Shown: positions 56,576 through 64,000 of the stretch, piece by piece
Layout: the number at the start of each line of letters is the position of its first letter
Position numbering within the stretch: position 1 is the stretch's first letter
Notes under the pieces: generated by a model
Told to the model about the DNA's origin: nothing
The model's database searches: none
What the model saw: the letters and a program-made list of their open reading frames with translations, nothing else
Source: Candidatus Moraniibacteriota bacterium
GTDB lineage: Bacteria > Patescibacteriota > Minisyncoccia > Moranbacterales > UBA9337
Length of the DNA: 64,000 nucleotides
Direction of reading: 5' to 3'
Assembly (NCBI GenBank): GCA_026985555.1
Contig: JALSQF010000010.1
Location: 97,163-161,162 of the forward strand
Translations under genes and position numbers: made by a program

Positions 56576-57520
56576 ATGAGTTTCAAAAAAATAGCTAATT
56601 ATAAATATAAAGAAAAAGATTATTTTAAAATAAAAATTTTGATAATTTTTATTTTGATTTTTTGGTTTCTTTTTTTAAGTTATCATATTCTTTTTTCCGT
56701 TAAAAAATATCAATTTGATTTTAATTCTAATAAAAAATATTCTATCCTTCAAAAAAATTCTGCAGATAATCTTGATTTTTTTCTACCTTTAACTGAAAAG
56801 TTTTCACAAGTTTCTATAAGTCTTATTAGTAATAAAAAAAATAATAAGTTTCTTCCTCCCTTTTATATCTATAAAACCTATGAAGCTATGACTTATCCAT
56901 TAATGGGAGAAAAAAATGATTTAAAAAAAGAAGATCTTTTAAAATTAGTCGCTGATAATAAAACAGTTTATCTTATTGTTCATAATAAAAAATTTGCCAT
57001 TGATAATCCATCCACCTTTGAAGCTCATAATTTTCAATGGAGAAATGTTATCCCAGCTAATAAATTTAATCAAAATCTTAGTCAAATAAAAACAATTTCT
57101 CTTTATAGAATAAAAGATCCTCATCCTGATGGAACAGTTTTTTGGACAACAGATACACATAAATTTTATTATATTGAAAATGGTAAACGTTATTTATTAA
57201 CTGGATCGTCACTAAAAATTTCTGCATTAAAAGAAAATGCTGTTCCTGTTCAAGAGAAGAGTCTACAAACATATGTCACTTGTAAACCTAAAAAAAGGAT
57301 GTGGACACCTCATAAGTATACTTGCCATACCAATTTAAAAAAAATTAATAACTTTTCAGAAAATTATTACCGCTTTGAAAATAAAAATTTAAATTATAAA
57401 AAATTTAATCAAATGGAAATTAGCTTTTTTTATAGCCCTACATATCATAATATCCGTTACTCTATAGTTACACTTATTCATCATATTATGTTTCGTTTTC
57501 ACATAATTTCTTTTAAATAA
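56576..57520 (+). CDS. hypothetical membrane-anchored protein
   Basis: It has the N-terminal TM ILIIFILIFWFLFLSY. Its start overlaps the preceding stop (operon). Confidence 0.4.
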   Translation: MSFKKIANYKYKEKDYFKIKILIIFILIFWFLFLSYHILFSVKKYQFDFNSNKKYSILQKNSADNLDFFLPLTEKFSQVSISLISNKKNNKFLPPFYIYKTYEAMTYPLMGEKNDLKKEDLLKLVADNKTVYLIVHNKKFAIDNPSTFEAHNFQWRNVIPANKFNQNLSQIKTISLYRIKDPHPDGTVFWTTDTHKFYYIENGKRYLLTGSSLKISALKENAVPVQEKSLQTYVTCKPKKRMWTPHKYTCHTNLKKINNFSENYYRFENKNLNYKKFNQMEISFFYSPTYHNIRYSIVTLIHHIMFRFHIISFK

Positions 57521-57528
57521 TAAATTCT

Positions 57529-57918
57529 ATGCGACAAATAACTATCACCTCCTCCTTTCTTTTTCTTGTCTCTAAATCACTCTATTTTTTAACAAAATGG
57601 GTAATAATTATCGCTAGCATTTTTGTTTTTATAAAATATTTATTTTTAAACAATGCCCTTGAACAAATTAATCTTTCAAAAATATTGCTTTTTTCATCTT
57701 TCTTATTGCTTATTTTAAATTATTTAAATTCTTATTTTTTAAAAAATAAAATAAATTATACACCTCAAAAACAAAAGAAACATTTATTTTTATTAGGCTA
57801 TATAATTTTATTCTTATTTTTAGGAAGTGTTTTTCTCTTTCAAGTATCTTGGTTGTTTTTTTTGTTTTTTCTTTTAATTTTTTGGTTAATTGTTTTCCAA
57901 ATTTTTTATTTAGCTTAA
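57529..57918 (+). CDS. small integral membrane protein
   Basis: It has four hydrophobic segments. It is the last gene of the plus-strand envelope cluster. Confidence 0.35.
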   Translation: MRQITITSSFLFLVSKSLYFLTKWVIIIASIFVFIKYLFLNNALEQINLSKILLFSSFLLLILNYLNSYFLKNKINYTPQKQKKHLFLLGYIILFLFLGSVFLFQVSWLFFLFFLLIFWLIVFQIFYLA

Positions 57919-57931
57919 ACCATATTATTTT

Positions 57932-58480
57932 TTAATTAATAAAATACTTATTTAGTTCTAAAAATATTTTATTAAAAGCTACATAAAGCACTTTCTTTTC
58001 ATCAGAAGAAAATTTACTTAAAACAAATTTTTCTCCACTAATATTATTCCTATTTTTTCTTCCTCCTTGTTTTTCTATTCCTATTCTAATTCTTATAAAT
58101 TTATCTTCATCTATATAATCAACTATACTTCTAACTCCTTTATGTCCGCCCTTAAAAGGTTTTTGAGTAATTTTATACATTCCTATTTCTAAATCCAAAT
58201 CATCGTAAATAACTATTATGTTTTGAGAAATAATTTTATAATAATCCATTACTTTTTTAACTGCTTTTCCCGACAAATTCATATAGGTTTGAGGTTTTAG
58301 TAAGAGAACATTTTTAGAATTATCTTTAATGATACTAATTTTACTTTTTAATTTTGATTCCAATCTAAAGCTCTTTCCTTTCCATTTTTCATTTAAAAAA
58401 TCTAGCAACAAAAAACCAGCATTATGCCGAGTATTAACATAATCCTTTCCCGGATTACCTAATCCAACTATAAGATTCAT
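57932..58480 (-). CDS. pth: peptidyl-tRNA hydrolase
   Basis: MNLIVGLGNPGKDYVNTRHNAGFLLLDFL is the canonical Pth N-terminus. Confidence 0.85.
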   Translation of the reverse strand: MNLIVGLGNPGKDYVNTRHNAGFLLLDFLNEKWKGKSFRLESKLKSKISIIKDNSKNVLLLKPQTYMNLSGKAVKKVMDYYKIISQNIIVIYDDLDLEIGMYKITQKPFKGGHKGVRSIVDYIDEDKFIRIRIGIEKQGGRKNRNNISGEKFVLSKFSSDEKKVLYVAFNKIFLELNKYFIN

Positions 58481-58504
58481 AGTTTTGAAAATTTTATATT
58501 TATT

Positions 58505-61500
58505 CTAGTGACGAAAACCAGTTCCGGCTGGTATCAAACGTCCAATTATAACATTTTCTTTTAATCCTCTTAATTTATCCTCTTTTCCTGTGACAGCCGC
58601 ATTAATTAAAACTCTGGTAGTTTCTTGAAAAGAAGCAGCACTTAAAAATGAATCTGTAGAAAGAGCTACGCGTGTAATTCCCAATACCATTTCTTCTCCT
58701 TGAGCTTTTTTTCCTCCTTCTTTTGTTACTTCCTGATTAGCTTCTATAAAACGTTCTTTTTCTACAATATCGTCTGGCAATAAATATGTATCCCCTGGAT
58801 CAGTTATTCTAATCCTACTCAACATTTGACGAATAATAATTTCTATATGTTTATCATTAATTCCTTCTCCTTGAGAAGCGTAAATTTCTTGAATTTCACG
58901 CACAATATAACGATGTACTTTCTCCTTACCTTGAAGTTTATAAATCTTTTTTATATCAATATGACCCTCTATTAAAGGAGTACCTTTAGCTACTAAATCC
59001 CCTTCTTTTACTAATAAAGTAGCATTACTAGGAACAGAATATTTTTTTATTCCTGATTTTTTATCATCTGTTTTAATTTCTATAGACAATGTTTTATCTG
59101 AGTCTGAACTAATTTTTTGGACCTTACCTTTTACATCTGATATAAGTGCTTCTCCCTTTGGTGGACGAGCTTCAAATATTTCTTCTACTCTTGGTAAACC
59201 TTGAGTAATATCCGTTCCTGCTACACCACCAATGTGAAAAGTACGCATAGTTAATTGGGTCCCTGGTTCTCCAATTGCTTGAGCAGCTACTACCCCCACC
59301 GCCTGACCAATTTCCACTAATCCTCCTCTTCCCAAATCAACACCATAACATTTTTGACATAATCCTTTTTTCGCTTTGCAAGTGACTCCTGTACGGATCT
59401 TAACTTTTTCTATCTTAGCTTCATCTATAGCTAAAGCTTGTTCTTTAGAAATCAAATCTCCTTTTTTCGCAATAATTTTTCCTGTTTTTGGATTTTTTAA
59501 TGTTTCCGTAACAAAACGTCCCTCTACTCTTTCTGCAAAACTTTGACCAATTCTATCTGAATCTTCTCTATAAATATAAGTTCCTTCCTTGTCACCACAA
59601 TCTTCTTCCTTAATAATAACATCTTGAGCCACATCTACTAAACGACGAGTTAAATAACCAGCTGTAGCAGTTCTTAAAGCAGTATCTGCCATACCTTTAC
59701 GCGTTCCATGAGTAGACATAAAATATTCCAAAACATTAAAACCTTCCTTGAAAGAACTTTTTACAGGTAGCTCTAAAGTCTCTCCTGTTGGTCCCGCCAT
59801 TAATCCTTTCATACCTGTCATTTGCACAACTACAGATTCACTTCCTCTAGCTTTAGAATATACCATAGCATAAACTGGACCTTCTTTATCTAAAGATTTT
59901 CTAACGCTTTCAGTGATAATATCCTTAGCTTCACTCCAAATTTCAATTACCTTATTTCGTTTTTCTTCAGCGGTAAGAAGTCCCATTTCATATTGTTTAA
60001 TAATTTCTTCTACCTTATTCTCCGCTTCTTGTATAATTTTACTTTTTTCTTGAGGAACAACCAAATCATCCATTCCCCAACTAATACCAGATTGGGTAGA
60101 CATTTTAAATCCTAAATTTTTAATTTTATCAATATAATCTGCTGTTCTTTCTTGCCCTACTTTCTCTAATAATTCAGCTACTAAAGTTTTTAATTCTTTT
60201 TTAGTTAATTCTTTGTTTATGAAACTTATTTCTTGTGGAAGAATATCGTTTAATAATATTCTTCCTACGGATGTTTTTATAATTTTTTTCTCTAGTAAAA
60301 AATTAATTTCAGTATTAATCTTTATAGAACCATTTTCAAAAGCTAAAATAGCTTCTTCCTGCGATGAAAAATATTTTCCTTCTCCCTTCAATCCTTTTTT
60401 TATGTGAGTTAAATAATAAACACCTAAAACAATATCTTGAGAAGGAATTGCGATAGGATCACCACTGGCTGGTTTTAAAAGATTATTACGAGAGAGCATT
60501 ATTTGTGCACTCTCCTCTCTTGCTTTATCGGTAAGAGGAACATGCACCGCCATTTGATCTCCATCAAAATCAGCGTTAAAAGCAGCACAAACCATTGGAT
60601 GAATTTGAATAGCTTTTCCTTCAATTAAAATCGGTTGAAAAGCTTGAATAGAAAGACGATGTAAAGTAGGAGCTCTATTTAATAATACATAGTGCTCTTC
60701 AATAATTTCATCTAGTATTTCATAAGCTTCTTCTGCTTCGCCATCTATAATTCTTCCTGCTGTTCTAACATTGTGAGCGTATTCTCTTTCAATTAATTTA
60801 TTAATAATAAAAGGTTTAAATAATTCTAATGCCATTTTTTTAGGTAAACCAGCCTGGTGCATCTCTAATTGAGGACCTACCACAATAACACTTCTACCAG
60901 AATAATCTACTCTTTTACCTAATAAATTTTGACGAAAACGACCTTGCTTACCTTTTAATGAATCAGCTAGAGAACGTAACGGCCGACGTTGACCAGTGGA
61001 AGCAGCTACAGAAGCTTGCCCACGACGAGCACTATTATCAAATAATGAATCCACTGCTTCTTGCAACATTCTTTTTTCATTACGAGTAATAACTTCTGGA
61101 GCACCCAACTCAATTAGTTTTTTCAAACGATTATTACGATTTATAATTCTACGATAAAGATCATTTAAATCTGAAGTAGCAAAACGCCCTCCATCTAGAG
61201 CTACCATGGGACGCAGATCTGGAGGAATAACTGGAATAACTGTTGGCAACATCCATTCTAATTTTAACTTTGCCTTTCTCATTCCTTGCATCAATTTCAG
61301 CCTTTTTATTAGTTTCTTTTGATCTACGTTTTTTTCTTCCAAATTTTTTTTAATATTATCTATCTCTTTTTTTATATCCATTTCTTCTAAAATCTTCCTG
61401 ATAGCTTCTGCTCCTATTCCTGCGCTAAAGACCTGACCAAAACGACTAGATAAATTAAAGTATTCTATTTCTGAGAGAACTTGAAATAATTTTAAGTTTT

Positions 61501-62068
61501 TCAATTCATCTCTTGAATTTTGATAGACCTGTTTAATTTTTTCTGTTTCTTCCTTAATATTTCCATTTTTTTCTAATTCTTTTTTCTTAATTTTATATTC
61601 TCTTTTTAATTCTTCTAATGCTTTTTGTCTTGCTTCTTCATCTATTTTAGTTACTAAGTAGGCAGAAAAATAAACTACTTTTTCTACATTTTGTGGAGAA
61701 ATACCTAAGGCTAAACCTAGTCTAGAAGGAATGCCTCTTAAAAACCAAATATGAGAAACGGGAACAGCTAATTTAATATGGCCCATTCTTTCTCTACGAA
61801 CACTAGATCTAGTTACCTCTACTCCACAACGATCACAAACTATACCTTTATATCTAATTCTTTTATATTTTCCACAATAACATTCATAATCTTTAGATGG
61901 ACCAAATATTTTTTCACAAAAAAGACCATCTTTTTCATAACGTTGTGTGCGATAATTAATAGTTTCTGGCTTAGTTACTTCTCCATGAGACCATCTTAAA
62001 ATATCATCAGGACTAGCTAGTTTTAGCTTTATACTATTAAAATCACTTATTTTGGTTATGTTTTCCAT
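58505..62068 (-). CDS. rpoC: DNA-directed RNA polymerase subunit beta-prime
   Basis: It has the [14 protein letters not shown] catalytic Mg motif, zinc-finger Cys in the N-terminus, and trigger-loop and bridge-helix regions. It is 1187 aa. Confidence 0.95.
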   Translation of the reverse strand: MENITKISDFNSIKLKLASPDDILRWSHGEVTKPETINYRTQRYEKDGLFCEKIFGPSKDYECYCGKYKRIRYKGIVCDRCGVEVTRSSVRRERMGHIKLAVPVSHIWFLRGIPSRLGLALGISPQNVEKVVYFSAYLVTKIDEEARQKALEELKREYKIKKKELEKNGNIKEETEKIKQVYQNSRDELKNLKLFQVLSEIEYFNLSSRFGQVFSAGIGAEAIRKILEEMDIKKEIDNIKKNLEEKNVDQKKLIKRLKLMQGMRKAKLKLEWMLPTVIPVIPPDLRPMVALDGGRFATSDLNDLYRRIINRNNRLKKLIELGAPEVITRNEKRMLQEAVDSLFDNSARRGQASVAASTGQRRPLRSLADSLKGKQGRFRQNLLGKRVDYSGRSVIVVGPQLEMHQAGLPKKMALELFKPFIINKLIEREYAHNVRTAGRIIDGEAEEAYEILDEIIEEHYVLLNRAPTLHRLSIQAFQPILIEGKAIQIHPMVCAAFNADFDGDQMAVHVPLTDKAREESAQIMLSRNNLLKPASGDPIAIPSQDIVLGVYYLTHIKKGLKGEGKYFSSQEEAILAFENGSIKINTEINFLLEKKIIKTSVGRILLNDILPQEISFINKELTKKELKTLVAELLEKVGQERTADYIDKIKNLGFKMSTQSGISWGMDDLVVPQEKSKIIQEAENKVEEIIKQYEMGLLTAEEKRNKVIEIWSEAKDIITESVRKSLDKEGPVYAMVYSKARGSESVVVQMTGMKGLMAGPTGETLELPVKSSFKEGFNVLEYFMSTHGTRKGMADTALRTATAGYLTRRLVDVAQDVIIKEEDCGDKEGTYIYREDSDRIGQSFAERVEGRFVTETLKNPKTGKIIAKKGDLISKEQALAIDEAKIEKVKIRTGVTCKAKKGLCQKCYGVDLGRGGLVEIGQAVGVVAAQAIGEPGTQLTMRTFHIGGVAGTDITQGLPRVEEIFEARPPKGEALISDVKGKVQKISSDSDKTLSIEIKTDDKKSGIKKYSVPSNATLLVKEGDLVAKGTPLIEGHIDIKKIYKLQGKEKVHRYIVREIQEIYASQGEGINDKHIEIIIRQMLSRIRITDPGDTYLLPDDIVEKERFIEANQEVTKEGGKKAQGEEMVLGITRVALSTDSFLSAASFQETTRVLINAAVTGKEDKLRGLKENVIIGRLIPAGTGFRH

Positions 62069-62178
62069 AGCTTCAGAAATATATTTTACTTAAAAAATAA
62101 GAATAGTTTTTAAGTAAAAAAAATTAATTAATTACTTTTTAATATAGTTTTTTTATTTATACTAATTTTCTCTCAGCT

Positions 62179-64000
62179 TTATTTATTTTGAACCTTATTA
62201 GATTTAACTCCCAATAATTCCACATTTAAACATAAACCTTTTAATTCATTCACTAAAACATGGAATGATGCTGGTAAATTAGGACTATGAATAGCTTCTC
62301 CTTTGATAATTGATTCATAAGCCTTAGAACGTCCCATAACATCATCAGATTTAATAGTTAACATTTCTTGTAAAGCATACGCTGCTCCATATCCTTCTAG
62401 AGCCCAAACTTCCATTTCACCAAAACGTTGTCCCCCAAACTGTGCTTTACCTCCTAATGGTTGTTGTGTAATTAATGAATAAGGCCCTATAGATCGCATA
62501 TGTATCTTATCCTCAACTAAGTGATTAAGTTTCATAACATACATAACACCCACCGTAGATTCATTATCAAAATATTCACCTGTACGAGCATCTACTAATC
62601 TTATTTTTCCATTTTCAGGTAAACCTGCCTTTTTTAATTCAGCTTTAATATCTTCCTCACTAACACCATCTAACGCAGGACTAGCCACCTTATATCCTAA
62701 TTGACTAGCAGCCCATCCCAAATGAGTTTCTAATATCTGTCCAATATTCATACGACTGGCCACTCCCAATGGATTTAATATAACATCTACAGGAGTTCCG
62801 TCTGGTAAATAAGGCATATCTTCTATCGGAGCAATTCTAGAAATTACACCTTTATTTCCATGTCTTCCTGCTAATTTATCTCCCACAGAAATTTTTCTTA
62901 ATTGTGCAATGGATACTTGAATTTGTTTAATTACACCAGTAGGTAAACGATCTCCTTGTTCTCTTGAAAAAATTTTTATATCTACTACTTTTCCATGTTC
63001 ACCATGAGGTAAATATAAAGATGAATCTTTTACATCTCTTGATTTTTCTCCGAAGATAGCTCTCAATAACCTTTCTTCAGCAGTTAAATCACTTTCTCCT
63101 TTAGGAGTAATTTTTCCTACTAAAATATCTCCTGAAGAAACTTCTGCTCCAATACGAATAATTCCTTCTTCATCAAGATTCTTTAAACGTTCTTCACCAA
63201 TATTAGGTATATCCCTGGTAACAACCTCTGGGCCTAACTTAGTATCTCTTACATCAATAGAAAAATCCTCAATATGGATAGAGCTATATTTATCTTCTCG
63301 TAACAATCTTTCGGATAAAATTATAGCATCTTCAAAATTATAACCTTGCCAAGGAACAAATGCCACTAAAACATTTTGACCTAAAGCTAATTCTCCATGA
63401 TCCGTAGAGGCTCCATCAGCAAGCATTTGCCCTTTTTTAATAACTTCTCCTTTTTTCACTCTTGGAACTTGATTCATACTAGAAAAAGCATTAGATTTAG
63501 CAAATGTCTGTAAAATATATTCTCTTTTCTGTTTCTTGTTTTTATGAGAAGTTTTTTTCTCTTCAACTACTATATGATCGGCATCCACAGCTATAACCTT
63601 CCCACTTTCTTTGGCAATTACTACTTGACCAGAATCAGCTGCCGCTTTATCTTCAATACCTGTTCCTACCACTGGAGAATCAGGAATAATACAAGAAACT
63701 GCTTGCCGTTGCATATTAGAACCCATTAAAGCTCGGTTTGCATCATCATGCTCTAAAAAAGGAATTAAAGAAGTTGCAACAGATATACATTGTTTAGCAG
63801 AAACATCTATATAATCTAACTGAGAAGATTCAATCATTTCAGGATAACCTTTTACTCTAGCTTCTACCACATCTTCTATTAAATTAGAATTGTCATCTAT
63901 TTTAACTCCTGCATGAGCAATATTTTTTCTATCTTCCACAGTAGCATTAATGAATTCTATCTCGTTGCTAACATATGGTTTTATTTTTATTTTTTTCTTT
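62179..64000 (-). CDS. rpoB: DNA-directed RNA polymerase subunit beta, C-terminal ~two-thirds; the N-terminus lies beyond the window end
   Basis: It contains GSNMQRQAV (rif cluster), [22 protein letters not shown], and the C-terminal [20 protein letters not shown]. The reading frame stays open upstream of the track's first Met. Confidence 0.95.
   Translation of the reverse strand, partial: KKKIKIKPYVSNEIEFINATVEDRKNIAHAGVKIDDNSNLIEDVVEARVKGYPEMIESSQLDYIDVSAKQCISVATSLIPFLEHDDANRALMGSNMQRQAVSCIIPDSPVVGTGIEDKAAADSGQVVIAKESGKVIAVDADHIVVEEKKTSHKNKKQKREYILQTFAKSNAFSSMNQVPRVKKGEVIKKGQMLADGASTDHGELALGQNVLVAFVPWQGYNFEDAIILSERLLREDKYSSIHIEDFSIDVRDTKLGPEVVTRDIPNIGEERLKNLDEEGIIRIGAEVSSGDILVGKITPKGESDLTAEERLLRAIFGEKSRDVKDSSLYLPHGEHGKVVDIKIFSREQGDRLPTGVIKQIQVSIAQLRKISVGDKLAGRHGNKGVISRIAPIEDMPYLPDGTPVDVILNPLGVASRMNIGQILETHLGWAASQLGYKVASPALDGVSEEDIKAELKKAGLPENGKIRLVDARTGEYFDNESTVGVMYVMKLNHLVEDKIHMRSIGPYSLITQQPLGGKAQFGGQRFGEMEVWALEGYGAAYALQEMLTIKSDDVMGRSKAYESIIKGEAIHSPNLPASFHVLVNELKGLCLNVELLGVKSNKVQNK

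Noticed and set aside
1-64000. CRISPR arrays, insertion sequences, integrases and prophage genes.
   Set aside because: Reading through the window revealed no regularly spaced direct repeats with unique spacers. No transposase, integrase or recombinase ORF was found either. The only repeats are the short palindromes and direct repeats listed.

Overview
This is a strongly AT-rich 64-kb chromosomal segment with compact, mostly minus-strand gene organisation. By gene content and composition it looks like a small-genome, Candidate Phyla Radiation (Patescibacteria)-like bacterium, but that assignment is inference only. The standard genetic code appears to be in use, because very long ORFs such as rpoC are not interrupted by TGA. 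The housekeeping content is rpoB (partial, runs off the window end), rpoC, pth, topA, recG, recO, holB, scpB, comF, murB, ispG, a dacA-like carboxypeptidase, hpf, yebC, an archaeal-type cmk and an nrdR-nrdD operon. There are four tRNAs: an Ile-GAT/Ala-TGC pair with no flanking rRNA genes, plus Cys-GCA and Leu-TAA. The window is unusually dense in envelope glycosylation and surface genes. These are a DPM1-like GT2, at least five GT4/GT1 enzymes, a processive GT2 with a QxxRW motif, GT-C-like polytopic membrane proteins, a MOP flippase, and surface proteins of the LTD/PKD and TSP3-repeat types. No transposase, integrase, CRISPR array or rRNA gene was seen. The four most notable observations follow. 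(1) A tight three-gene operon encodes a histidine-phosphatase-family protein together with a PEP-utilizer-type dikinase that is split and permuted. One protein carries an unknown domain plus the phosphohistidine swivel domain, and a separate protein carries the ATP-grasp PPDK_N domain. (2) nrdD stops right after its Zn ribbon, and a separate downstream mini-gene encodes a second Zn ribbon plus the glycyl-radical loop. (3) A GC-rich, highly structured non-coding element of about 240 nt lies at about 6.2 kb. (4) A GC-rich island encodes a small secreted protein and is followed by a 48-bp perfect palindrome. Several other gene splits, repeats and regulatory palindromes are also recorded.
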